The notes: generated by a model not told the origin, from the sequence alone. A stretch of 64,000 nt of DNA from Terriglobia bacterium (GCA_963666975.2 CAXVYR010000003.1:928001-992000); one strand, 5' to 3'; numbered from the stretch's first letter, positions 7,961-17,572 are shown. Numbers and translations are program-made.

Positions 7961-10189
7961 ATGCCGGTTAGCACAACCAACACGGACATCCTGACCGCCT
8001 CGCTGGGCAAACCGTTAGTCCTGGCCTACGGGCGGCATTTGGTGGGCGGGAACGTGATCCTCAAAGACGAGACCGACGCCGACCACACCATCCTGTTCAT
8101 TGCCCTGGGCGAGGGCGAATGGGACTCGGTGGAGGAGTTGTACCTCAATGAAAAGGCGCTGACCGAGATCGAGGACTTCCATTTCCATCCCGGCATCGAC
8201 GGGCAGATCAGCTCGAACGGCACGCTCGATCCGGAGGGGCTGACCGGCGACCAGAAGGCGGATATGCTCACCCCGCCGGGCGTGCAGGGATTGACGTTCT
8301 CCCGCACGGCCTACATCGCGCTGAACGCGCCGTTCGACGTCTTCGCGCCGGGGCCGGAGATGATCGTGCGGGGAATCTTCAAGACCCGCAAGGTGCGGTT
8401 CTTTGACGCGAACGGTGTTCAAACCGGCTACGGGTACTCGGACAACCCGGCGTGGCAGATCGCGGATCTGCTGACGATGGTGCGCGGGCTTTCTGATTCG
8501 CGGATCGACTGGGCCAGCTTCAAAGCATCCGCAGATTATGCAGATGAATTGATTTCGATCAATGGAGAGAATGTCAAGCGGTTCGTCTCGCACGTCGCCT
8601 TCACCGAAGAGGTGGACTTCGACCAGGCGCTGCAGGCGATCCTGGCCACCTGCCGCGGGCATCTGCTGGACACCGAAGGGACGATCAAGCTCAGGATCGA
8701 CCAGGCGCGCAGCTCCATATTCGATTTCGATATGAACAACATCATCGACGCCACGTTCTCGGCATGGTGGAAGGATACGCGCTCGGTGGCGAACCGGCTG
8801 GAGCTGAGCTTCCGCGACCTGGACAACAATTTCGCCGTCTCAAACAAGCTCTGGAACCACGAGCCGCAGCAGGCGCGGACCGGGCGAGTGATCGCCGCAA
8901 AGCTGCACCTCGGCAACGTCGCGCAGCACCAGGCCGAGCGGATCGGGAACTACCTGCTGACCCGCGCCATCGACAACAACCAGTTCTGCCGCTTTCGCTC
9001 GACGCAGGCGGGCTTCGCCGTGATGCCAGGGGATGTGGTGCGGGTGAAGCACGACGCCGCTCCCTGGGGCACGGCGCCGGGCGATTCGCTGTTTGAGACT
9101 TTCGAGGTCCTGGAAGTGACGGAGTTTCCAGATGAAACGCGCGAGATGGCCTGCCGCCTCTACAACCCGAACACTTATCCGGACACGGCCGGGCCCTCGC
9201 AGAACCTGGTGGGAACGACGGTCCGCAGGCGGCCGCCCGCGCCGGAGAAGCCGCCCATTTGGAACCTCTCGGCGGACCTCGGCGGAAATCTGCGGCTGAG
9301 CTTTGCCATTCCGAACAATGCCGACTATCGCACGGGTGATCTGATCTTGCTGGCCGACGAAGAACTGACGCGCATCACGACGGCGCTCTCTGCCACTTAT
9401 TTTCCAGGCGACACAACGATTGCAGTGAGCAGCTCGGCGGGATTTCGCGTGGGGGACTTCATCAACATCGACGCCGAGGTTTTGAAGCTGGTGGGGCCGG
9501 GAGTGGCAAATGTGGAGCCGACCTCAAACACATGGGAGGTGGCGCGGGCACAGAAGCTGACCCAAGAGGACTCCGCTGGAACGAATGCTCCGGTGTACCG
9601 CCTGACAGAGCGGCGGCTTCAGTTTGCCTTGCCGCCGGGATTTTCTCTCGCCCATCCCACGCTCGATCTGGCCAACGGCCCCTATTACGTCATTCATTTC
9701 CGTCCGGGCCGCCTGCGGATATTGCACGCCGCGCTGGAGCTTACAGGGCTGGGCGGCGTCTCGGAACCTGTCGAGCAAATGTTTGCCATCTTCGGAGCCT
9801 TTGAGCCGTTCGTCTTCGGGACGCTGCCGGGCCTGCGGACCTCCGCTGGCGGGCTGGCCACCATACAGATTCCCGGACCGCTGGCGACCGGCGAGGACCT
9901 GGCGATGCCGCTGGTGCTGCCCGCGGAGGCAAGCATCGGGCTGATCTCCGGACGAGTGGCGCGGACTCCCCTGGGCCAGCAGATTCAATTTCAGGTGAAG
10001 ATTGACGGAGCTGTCTACGGACCCACCGGCGTGATCCCGGTGCAAAATCAGGGTCTCGCTTCCGGCACGAACATCTTTATTTCCGGGTCACAGAAAGGGA
10101 ATGCAGGCGGAAGCGAGGTTTCCGTCAATCTCACGCAGGTGGGAACGACCGATCCTGGAGAGGACTTTACGCTTTCTGTGTGGTTCTGA
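7961..10189 (+). CDS. tail tip / host-specificity protein (lambda gpJ / GTA g15-like)
   Basis: PLVLAYGRHLVGGNVI, ALGEGE, YSDNPAWQIAD.L, IDWASF..SADYAD, ANRLELSFRD, V.PGDVVRV motifs. Confidence 0.8.
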   Translation: MPVSTTNTDILTASLGKPLVLAYGRHLVGGNVILKDETDADHTILFIALGEGEWDSVEELYLNEKALTEIEDFHFHPGIDGQISSNGTLDPEGLTGDQKADMLTPPGVQGLTFSRTAYIALNAPFDVFAPGPEMIVRGIFKTRKVRFFDANGVQTGYGYSDNPAWQIADLLTMVRGLSDSRIDWASFKASADYADELISINGENVKRFVSHVAFTEEVDFDQALQAILATCRGHLLDTEGTIKLRIDQARSSIFDFDMNNIIDATFSAWWKDTRSVANRLELSFRDLDNNFAVSNKLWNHEPQQARTGRVIAAKLHLGNVAQHQAERIGNYLLTRAIDNNQFCRFRSTQAGFAVMPGDVVRVKHDAAPWGTAPGDSLFETFEVLEVTEFPDETREMACRLYNPNTYPDTAGPSQNLVGTTVRRRPPAPEKPPIWNLSADLGGNLRLSFAIPNNADYRTGDLILLADEELTRITTALSATYFPGDTTIAVSSSAGFRVGDFINIDAEVLKLVGPGVANVEPTSNTWEVARAQKLTQEDSAGTNAPVYRLTERRLQFALPPGFSLAHPTLDLANGPYYVIHFRPGRLRILHAALELTGLGGVSEPVEQMFAIFGAFEPFVFGTLPGLRTSAGGLATIQIPGPLATGEDLAMPLVLPAEASIGLISGRVARTPLGQQIQFQVKIDGAVYGPTGVIPVQNQGLASGTNIFISGSQKGNAGGSEVSVNLTQVGTTDPGEDFTLSVWF

Positions 10190-12825
10190 TGGCCAAGACA
10201 ACTTTCCTCAATAACCATAGCGATTTGATCTTCGGGTACGAAGTCGATACTACTGTCACCTCGGCGTCGGCGCTCATGACGGCGGGTGATCCGCTGGCGG
10301 ATCCTCCGGTCCCGCCGGTGCGGATTGGCACCAAGGTTTACCCGGCTTCGATTGGAGGCATTGCCTTCAGCATGCTGCTCGAGATCGGCGGAGTTGGACA
10401 GGTGGTGGTAACTGATGTGGATTCCGATGGAGGGGGGAACTTCTTCACCTATTCGGAGGAGATCACTCCGGGCGCAGGGGCCACCGTCCGCACGCCGTGG
10501 AATCTCTCCGGAACGCTGCTGTTCACGCGGGAGAACAACTCCGTCTCTCTGACCTATTTCATTCCGATAGAGCATGACCTCTATTTCCGCACGCAGAAAA
10601 CAATCGATTCCGGATCGATCAGCGTGACGGTGGATGGGATTTCCGCAGGCACTTTTGATCTTTCCAATCCATCTACTATTTTAGCCTCGGTGCTGCTGAA
10701 GGCGGATGTGCCGAACGGAATCCATACCGTGAAAGTGACGGCGCAAATCTCAGGGGGCGCCGTATTCGTTTACTTCAACGGCTTCGAGCTGCTGGAGCAC
10801 AACGTGGAGACCGGCGGGGAGTTTCTCTACCAGGGGCCACAGGGGTTGCTGGATGATTCCTCGAACAACTTCGTCGGCGATTGGGCCACCGTCACGGGTT
10901 TTGCCTGGACGGCCACCTCCGGCGCCGGCGTCTTTTTCTACTCGCAGCTTGACACCGGCGGCAAGGTGAACGCGCGGTTGCAAAAGACGCCCGACTCCGG
11001 GATCGTCGATGTGTATGTCAACGGCGTCTTGGACCAGACCATTGACCTCTATGCGGACCCGGCGGTAAATCCGTTAGAGATCACGTTGCTCGATAACAAT
11101 GCTCCATCGAACGATCCGGCAGGCCTTTACGAGATCGAGATGCGGCATACGGGAACGAAGAACGCCTCCTCGTCCGGTTTCTTCTTCTACTTCAAATCGG
11201 CTGTGGTGGTTTTCACGCGCACGGATACTCAGGCTCTGCAATTGGCGGCGGACTACCTGAAGCAAGTGGCGGCGATCCGAGGCGACGGTGCCTTCCTGGA
11301 CGCGCGGGACTCCGACATCGTCAATTTCGACGCCAATGCGCTGTATGCCTGCATGGGGCTCTTGGCCGCTTACCAAGCGCTGAACATACAAGGGTATCTG
11401 GACGCGGTGCGCGACTTCCTGACATGGTTCGCGGGACTACAGGTAAATGCGCCCGGCAATTCCTTCGACGATGGCGCATGGAACATCGGCTACCGGGTGA
11501 ACCCCTCGCCGCCTCCGGCGTATCTCCCCGCGCTGGGACCCTACGCGCAACAAGGAGTCAGCGAAATCAAGTGGGTGGATGCGGTGCAGTGCCTTCCGGC
11601 GTTTGTGCTGTGGTGGTATTGGAAGCTCTCCGGGGACACTGCCACAAAGGACGCCCTGCTGCCCAAGTTTCGCAAAGCCGTTGACGGGTTCATCGCCAAC
11701 AACCACGACCCGCAGACGGGCTTTTACTTCTCTTCCTGGCAGAACAAGTCTGGGCCCACGATCTTCCTCTACCACGATGCCGTCCGGCGGTACAGCTCCG
11801 GCGGAACCTTGCTGGAGCAGCACAACGACGGCGAGGAGAGCTTCTTCACCTATTCCGGAGCTTGGTCCTCTTACGCGCCGCAGGGAGCGATTGCGAGCGA
11901 CGAACACTTCACGCTAACCAACCAGGACTACCTGGAGTTCTCGCTCGCCTTGAACAGCGGCGACGAGGTCCGCTGGGTGACGCAAACGGCCTGGGACGTC
12001 GGCATCGCCGAAATCCTGGTCTCCACCGACGGCTCCAACTTCAGCGCGGCGGGAACGGTCGACGGTTACACGAGCACTTTGCTGCTCCAGCAGGAATTCC
12101 TGATCTACACGGCGCCTTCCACGGCAACCTATTGGTTCCGCATCCGGCACAGCGGGACGATCAACGCGGCGGGCAACCTTGCGCCGGGCTGGCAGCGGCT
12201 CGCGAATCGGTTCACCGCCGGACAGACCGACGTGGCGCTCGGCTTGACGGGGCTCTGGATGCTGACACGCTCCGCCAAGTATGCGCATCTGGCCGCCCGG
12301 ATCATCCGGCGATTCGCGGGCCGATATTGGAGCGTTGCCGATGGCCGCTGGCTCATCTCGCTCGACGGCGCTGCGCCGGGAACAGCCAACAATTTCTGGT
12401 ACCCGATGGCGCACGGCTACACGGCCTTTGGACAAAAACAATCCCGCCTGTTTCAGCCGGCCAGCCGTTTGAGCGAGGGATTGCAGGCTCTGGAATCGTT
12501 CCAGGACAGCGAAGGCGGCTTTCAGCCTCCGGGCTACATCGAGGCGGAGCACATCTTCTCGGCGTTTTATGCGCTGGGAGAGAATCAGCTTGCAACGAAG
12601 ACGAATCAGGCTGCGTTTGACCTGGCAAAGGAGCACATCAAAGCCGGGCAATACCTTTTGGACATAGGCGGCGTGCAGGCGGGCGGCGTGGTGTTCAGCA
12701 AGAGGTTTCAGTTTTTGTATACCAACATTTCCGGCTTCGCTTGCATGGCGCTGGCTGGAACGACAAACCCTCTCACGGAGCAGTTGCGTTTCAGCGTCCC
12801 GCGCGTGGCATTGCCGGCGGCATGA
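10189..12825 (+). CDS. tail-associated protein with CBM-like jelly-roll modules and an (alpha/alpha) glycoside-hydrolase-like domain
   Basis: TGATG coupling; three DxG.(V/A).V.(V)DG...GT.D.Y modules; aromatic helical repeats (ALYACMGLLAAY, WWYWKLSGD, LTGLWMLT). Confidence 0.55.
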   Translation: MAKTTFLNNHSDLIFGYEVDTTVTSASALMTAGDPLADPPVPPVRIGTKVYPASIGGIAFSMLLEIGGVGQVVVTDVDSDGGGNFFTYSEEITPGAGATVRTPWNLSGTLLFTRENNSVSLTYFIPIEHDLYFRTQKTIDSGSISVTVDGISAGTFDLSNPSTILASVLLKADVPNGIHTVKVTAQISGGAVFVYFNGFELLEHNVETGGEFLYQGPQGLLDDSSNNFVGDWATVTGFAWTATSGAGVFFYSQLDTGGKVNARLQKTPDSGIVDVYVNGVLDQTIDLYADPAVNPLEITLLDNNAPSNDPAGLYEIEMRHTGTKNASSSGFFFYFKSAVVVFTRTDTQALQLAADYLKQVAAIRGDGAFLDARDSDIVNFDANALYACMGLLAAYQALNIQGYLDAVRDFLTWFAGLQVNAPGNSFDDGAWNIGYRVNPSPPPAYLPALGPYAQQGVSEIKWVDAVQCLPAFVLWWYWKLSGDTATKDALLPKFRKAVDGFIANNHDPQTGFYFSSWQNKSGPTIFLYHDAVRRYSSGGTLLEQHNDGEESFFTYSGAWSSYAPQGAIASDEHFTLTNQDYLEFSLALNSGDEVRWVTQTAWDVGIAEILVSTDGSNFSAAGTVDGYTSTLLLQQEFLIYTAPSTATYWFRIRHSGTINAAGNLAPGWQRLANRFTAGQTDVALGLTGLWMLTRSAKYAHLAARIIRRFAGRYWSVADGRWLISLDGAAPGTANNFWYPMAHGYTAFGQKQSRLFQPASRLSEGLQALESFQDSEGGFQPPGYIEAEHIFSAFYALGENQLATKTNQAAFDLAKEHIKAGQYLLDIGGVQAGGVVFSKRFQFLYTNISGFACMALAGTTNPLTEQLRFSVPRVALPAA

Positions 12826-12836
12826 GGAGGAGAAAA

Positions 12837-14639
12837 ATGGAGAATAAAGGAAATAGTGGAAGCAGAGGAAACAGAGGAGGCAGAGGAAACAAAGGATTGT
12901 TCATATGCTTCCTCTGCTTCTTTTGCTTCCTTTGCTTCGCACGCTTCGCGCGCGCTCAAGCTCCGGCGACCACCACGGTCCAGGACACGGTTTATAAGCC
13001 GGATGGTACGCTGGCGTCCGGTTCCGTGGTGATCTCCTGGTCCCCTTTCCTGACGGCTGACAGCAAGCCGGTCTTCGGAGGGACCAAGACCGTGACGCTG
13101 ACGAACGGGTCTCTGGCGGTGGCGCTGACGCCGAACTCCGGTGGAACACCCTCGGGTACTTCCTACGGGGTAAAGTTCCTCCAGTCCGGTGGCGTCTTTT
13201 TTGAGGAGACATGGGTGGTGCCGGCCAGCTCGCCGCTGGCGAATCCCGCGCAGCCGGTTTCGGTGACGCAGGCGGGAACGCCGGGCAGCACTACGTATTA
13301 CTACTGGTGCACGGCGACGAACGCCAGCGGCGAGACCTTGCTGTCGCCTTCGCGGATCACCACGACCTCGCACGCTACGCTGGATGGGACCAACTACAAC
13401 ATCATCACCTGCGCCACCGTCTCCGGAGCCACGGGCTATAAAGCGTATCGGACGACGACCTCGACCGCGCCGAGCGGCACTGGGCTTTACCTGGCGGGCA
13501 GCTCGGCTACCACAACGATCAACGACCAGTCGAACACACTGACTTCGGAGACGATCCCGACGCTGAACACCACGGACCCGAAGACGCTGGCGCAGGTCCG
13601 GGTGACGGCAGCGCCAACACCGACAGTGATCTTCAACGCAACGCAGGTGACCGGGACGGCGATTGTATCCACTCCTTCGGCCACGCAGACGATCACAGCG
13701 CCTGCCACCGCGGGATTGATCCCGCTGCAACTCAAGGGAAACACAACGGCCAACGCGAACGTGCTGGAGATATTCGACTCGCAGGCTACCCCGGTTCGCC
13801 AGAGCTACTTCGACTCCGGAGGGAAGCTAAACACGGCGCAGCTGATCACCTCCACGCTGGCCACCGGGACGGCGCCGTTTTCGGTAGCGTCAACCACCCT
13901 CGTAACGAACCTGAATGCGGACACACTGGACGGAATTCAAGGGTCGTCGCTAGTTCAGACGACGCGGCTGATCAGCACCACCTCGCCCATAACCGGAGGG
14001 GGCGACCTGAGCGCGGACCGGACGATTGCCTGCGCCACCTGCACGACCAATGCGGCCGCATTGACGGCGAACGAGCTGATGATCGGCGGCGGCGGCCAGG
14101 CCGCCCAGGCGCTGGGATCGCCGGGTACGACGACAACCGTACTGCACGGCAACGCCGCAGGCGCACCAACATATTCTGCGGTGAGTCTGACGGCGGACGT
14201 TACCGGAATTCTGCCACTTGCAAACGGCGGCACGGGAAGCGCTACGCAGAACTTTGTGGACCTGACAACGAACCAGTCAGTCGGCGGGGTGAAGACGTTC
14301 TCTCAAGAAGTAGTGTCGAGCCAGTTCCTCTCCGGGGCGCTGGTCTCGGTGACGTTTTCCACCACTCCAGACTTCGACGCCGGTTTGGGGAATTTATTGA
14401 AGCTGACCTTAACAGGCAATGTCACCAGCTCGACGATCTCGAACCCGACCAGCGGCGAACAGATATTACTGCTGCTGTGCCAGGACGCGACCGGGTCGCG
14501 CACGATGGCCTGGCCGAGCAACCTGAAGCTGGCCGGAGGGTCATACACTTTAACCACGACCGCCAGCAAGTGCGACACGCTGACGGCAGCCTACGATGGG
14601 AGTAACTGGTATGAAATGGCAAGAGCGACGAATGAGTAA
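12837..14639 (+). CDS. fibre-like protein 1 with predicted signal peptide
   Basis: SD GAGGAGG 12824-12830; N-terminus ..KGLFICFLCFFCFLCFARFARA|QAP; fibre motifs VASTTLVTNLNADTLDG, GILPLANGGTG, QSVGGVKTFS; C-terminal QDATGSRT..WP phage fibre/adhesin domain. Confidence 0.75.
   Translation: MENKGNSGSRGNRGGRGNKGLFICFLCFFCFLCFARFARAQAPATTTVQDTVYKPDGTLASGSVVISWSPFLTADSKPVFGGTKTVTLTNGSLAVALTPNSGGTPSGTSYGVKFLQSGGVFFEETWVVPASSPLANPAQPVSVTQAGTPGSTTYYYWCTATNASGETLLSPSRITTTSHATLDGTNYNIITCATVSGATGYKAYRTTTSTAPSGTGLYLAGSSATTTINDQSNTLTSETIPTLNTTDPKTLAQVRVTAAPTPTVIFNATQVTGTAIVSTPSATQTITAPATAGLIPLQLKGNTTANANVLEIFDSQATPVRQSYFDSGGKLNTAQLITSTLATGTAPFSVASTTLVTNLNADTLDGIQGSSLVQTTRLISTTSPITGGGDLSADRTIACATCTTNAAALTANELMIGGGGQAAQALGSPGTTTTVLHGNAAGAPTYSAVSLTADVTGILPLANGGTGSATQNFVDLTTNQSVGGVKTFSQEVVSSQFLSGALVSVTFSTTPDFDAGLGNLLKLTLTGNVTSSTISNPTSGEQILLLLCQDATGSRTMAWPSNLKLAGGSYTLTTTASKCDTLTAAYDGSNWYEMARATNE
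12856..12942. repeat. 9-nt-periodic hairpin repeat inside the signal-peptide coding sequence
   Basis: GGAAGCAGA GGAAACAGA GGAGGCAGA GGAAACAAA arm and TGCTTCCTC TGCTTCTTT TGCTTCCTT TGCTTCGCA arm. Confidence 0.9.
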
Positions 14640-15000
14640 TTGTATTGTAGCCCTACTGCTGATCTGGGCGGCTGCGGCTTTCGGGCAGGAGCCGCAACCG
14701 GAGACCGAAGCGCCAGCGCAGACGGAGTTGACCGAGGTCGAGGCGCTGAAGGGGGAGAACCTGCAACTGAAGTACGACTCCATCGACAAGCAGATGCGCC
14801 TCATGCAAACGCAGTACCAGCAGCTTCAAGCGCAGCAGGCCGGGATTGTCCGGCAGCTCCAGCAGCTCGAGGGGGAAATCCTTGAGGGGCGCTCGTTAAA
14901 GCCAGGTGAAGGGATCGTGAACTGGCAGGAGAAGACAGTGCAGGAAATTAGCCGCAGAGGTACGGAGAACGCAGAGAACGTTTTGGAGAAAAATCAATGA
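14632..15000 (+). CDS. secreted coiled-coil protein
   Basis: MSNCIVALLLIWAAAAFG|QEP signal-like N-terminus; Gln/Leu heptads; overlaps the upstream stop. Confidence 0.65.
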   Translation: MSNCIVALLLIWAAAAFGQEPQPETEAPAQTELTEVEALKGENLQLKYDSIDKQMRLMQTQYQQLQAQQAGIVRQLQQLEGEILEGRSLKPGEGIVNWQEKTVQEISRRGTENAENVLEKNQ

Positions 15001-15065
15001 ACAGAAGATTTTTGGTGAAAGTAATTTATGCTTCGTTGCTTTGTGTCCTCGGTGTCTCCGCGGCT
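14950..15065. repeat. 9-nt-periodic hairpin spanning a gene junction
   Basis: AGCCGCAGAGGTACGGAGAACGCAGAG (14950-14976) pairs with CTTTGTGTCCTCGGTGTCTCCGCGGCT (15039-15065). Confidence 0.8.
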
Positions 15066-17276
15066 CAATCCCAGACGCTGGTGACGATCACCGACACCCT
15101 CAAGAACGCCGACGGAACGAACGCAGCCGGCCGTGTGGTGATCTCCTGGGACCCGTTCACCGCCGCAAGCGGCGAGACGGTTGACGGTGGCACGATCCCC
15201 TACACGATCACAAACGGTGTCGTCAACCTTTCCCTGGCTCCGAACATTGGGGCCACGCCTGCCGGGACGAGCTACCGGGCTCAATACTATTTGACCAACC
15301 GGGCGAGCTACCGGGAAACGTGGGTGGTCCCGGCAACAGGGCCGGTGACGATCGCGGCCATTCGTGTGACCACGGTCCCTTCGCCAACCGTGACATTCAA
15401 TGCCGCCTTGCAGCTCACCAACTTCGATATGAGCACGCAGACGTTCACCCGGCCGGTGAAGCTGGGGACGACCCTACCGGCGACTTGCACCCTGGGAGAT
15501 CTGTTCGTGGACACCGATCTCACTCCGGCCGGGCAGCAGCTTTACCTTTGCACAGCGACCGATACATGGACACTGGTGGGCGACGGCGGCGGCGCCGGGT
15601 CAGGCATCACCAGCCTGAACGGATTGACGGCGGCGACGCAGACCTTCGCAGTTCCCGGAACCACAGGCACGGTGCCGACCTGGTCCTCGGCTACCTCGAT
15701 CCACACGCTGAATATCCCGTTGGCGGCGACGGCCAGCGTCACGGCCGGGCTGCTGAGCAAAACCGATTACGACACATTCAACGCCAAAGAAAGCACGCTG
15801 ACGTTCAGCTCGCCGCTATCGCGCTCGGTCAACACGATCTCTTGCGCGACCTGTTCGGTTTCAGGCCATACGCACACGGAAGCGAACATCACGGACTTGG
15901 CCCACCGAACCGCCGGGGTCGGCATCGGACTTTCGGTAAACGACCTGAGCCTGGACCTCGCAGAGCTAGTCGTAAACCAGACGATCTTCAATTCAGCCAA
16001 CGCCAGCCGCACGATTACATTCGGGCTATCCGGAGCTACGGACCCGGTCCTGACTTTGGCAGACGGGGTGTTCAATGTCTCAACTGGAACCCTTCAACAG
16101 GCAGGGACGGCGGTATCGCTGAGCGGGCACACGCACGTCGAGGCGAATATCACCGATCTGAGCCACGCCGATGCCTCGAAGCTCCCGCTGGCCGGCGGAA
16201 CGATGACCGGCGAGCTGGTCCTTCGGGCGGCAGGTGCAGCGATCTCAGGCGGGGGCCTGGTGGACTGCGATAACCCCACCACCTCGAAGCTGCTCTGGGA
16301 TATCACGACTGCGCGACTCTCTTGCGGAACCGACCAGGGCGGCGGAGGCGGGATCACAAACCTGGAAGGACAAACCGGCGCGACCCAAACTTTCACCGAT
16401 GACACCAACGTAACCATCGTGAGCGCCGCCGATGCCCATGTGATCACCTGGGCCGGGACGCTTGCGGTTGCTCGTGGCGGCCTGGGCGTCGGCACCATCA
16501 CCGGGTTGATGCAGGGGAATGGCACCAGCGCAGTCACCGGGATAACCAATTCCTCAACTGTGGGACAAGTCTTGCGCGTCACAGGAGCAAGCGCCTACGG
16601 ATTCGGCGCGCTTGATCTGGCGGATGGGGATGCGGTGACGGGCTTGCTGCCGGATGGAAATGTCGCGGCCTCTCTCATGCGGGATTCGGAGTTGGCGGCG
16701 TTCACGGTCACAAAGACGAATATGACCTACGACGCCGAGGGGACGGGGAACGTAATCACGCTTCCATTTCTCATCAACTACAAGGCTGCCGTCTGTCAGA
16801 ACGCCACGGCAACGGGAGGGTTCAGTGAGCCGACGAGCAACGCCCCGGCGGCGACCTGCGTTACGGGAACCAACACGCAATTCGGGACGGCGGCCTTTGA
16901 CGCAGCCACGGATGAGTCCGTGCAGGACAGGTTCACGCTTCCCTCCGACTGGACAGGGAATATCGACCTTGCCTTGATCTGGAGGGCGGCGGCGACGACC
17001 GGGAACGCAGCGTGGGACCTGCAAACAGTGTGCGTGGACGACGCCGAGACGGGCGACCCGGCTTTTAACGTCGCACAGGAAGTGGTGGACGCGGCCAAGG
17101 GGACGGCGAACCAGTTCAACGACGCCTCCATATCGACCGTGACCGTTACCGGCTGCACGGCAGGGGATACGTTCTTCTTCAAGTTCTTCCGCGACGCCAA
17201 TGATGCCACCAATGACACCATGACAGGAGACGCGGAGCTAATCTCGCTGACATTCACCATCAGGAGGGCTATGTAA
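14997..17276 (+). CDS. fibre-like protein 2 with predicted signal peptide
   Basis: MNRRFLVKVIYASLLCVLGVSAAQS|Q; N-terminal domain paralogous to 12837..14639; two SGHTHxEANITDL motifs; GITSLNG, GTLAVARGG, KLPLAGGTMTG fibre motifs. Confidence 0.75.
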   Translation: MNRRFLVKVIYASLLCVLGVSAAQSQTLVTITDTLKNADGTNAAGRVVISWDPFTAASGETVDGGTIPYTITNGVVNLSLAPNIGATPAGTSYRAQYYLTNRASYRETWVVPATGPVTIAAIRVTTVPSPTVTFNAALQLTNFDMSTQTFTRPVKLGTTLPATCTLGDLFVDTDLTPAGQQLYLCTATDTWTLVGDGGGAGSGITSLNGLTAATQTFAVPGTTGTVPTWSSATSIHTLNIPLAATASVTAGLLSKTDYDTFNAKESTLTFSSPLSRSVNTISCATCSVSGHTHTEANITDLAHRTAGVGIGLSVNDLSLDLAELVVNQTIFNSANASRTITFGLSGATDPVLTLADGVFNVSTGTLQQAGTAVSLSGHTHVEANITDLSHADASKLPLAGGTMTGELVLRAAGAAISGGGLVDCDNPTTSKLLWDITTARLSCGTDQGGGGGITNLEGQTGATQTFTDDTNVTIVSAADAHVITWAGTLAVARGGLGVGTITGLMQGNGTSAVTGITNSSTVGQVLRVTGASAYGFGALDLADGDAVTGLLPDGNVAASLMRDSELAAFTVTKTNMTYDAEGTGNVITLPFLINYKAAVCQNATATGGFSEPTSNAPAATCVTGTNTQFGTAAFDAATDESVQDRFTLPSDWTGNIDLALIWRAAATTGNAAWDLQTVCVDDAETGDPAFNVAQEVVDAAKGTANQFNDASISTVTVTGCTAGDTFFFKFFRDANDATNDTMTGDAELISLTFTIRRAM

Positions 17277-17572
17277 TGTCTCTATACACCAGACTCACTG
17301 GAATTGACCGGGCAGAAAATGAGCCGAAGCTGGCTATCCATTCGCTGTTTGCCTTGCTGTCGGAGCGGAAGCGCGGGCGGCTGACCAATCAACAAGTCCT
17401 CGATTCTTTGGGTCTGTCGGCATTGGAAAAGACCGAGCTAATTGTGCTGGTTGGAAAAATCATAGACAGCACCCTCGATGCAGGCGAGGTGGAAGATGTC
17501 TTACTTTTAGCCGAGCAGGGGGTGCCGCCCTACGACACGGAGGCGGCGGTCAAGTCTCGCCTGGGGGTTTAA
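17276..17572 (+). CDS. small helical protein, possible fibre chaperone
   Basis: 98 aa, translationally coupled on both sides (TAATG overlaps). Confidence 0.55.
   Translation: MSLYTRLTGIDRAENEPKLAIHSLFALLSERKRGRLTNQQVLDSLGLSALEKTELIVLVGKIIDSTLDAGEVEDVLLLAEQGVPPYDTEAAVKSRLGV

Noticed and set aside
2009-10189. Contractile injection system or R-type tailocin
   Set aside because: No sheath, baseplate wedge or VgrG/PAAR-like genes recognised; head-associated genes are present and the layout is siphovirus-like.
14632-15000. Spanin or holin call for the coiled-coil protein
   Set aside because: No lipobox partner or nested o-spanin and no endolysin nearby; the N-terminus looks cleavable.
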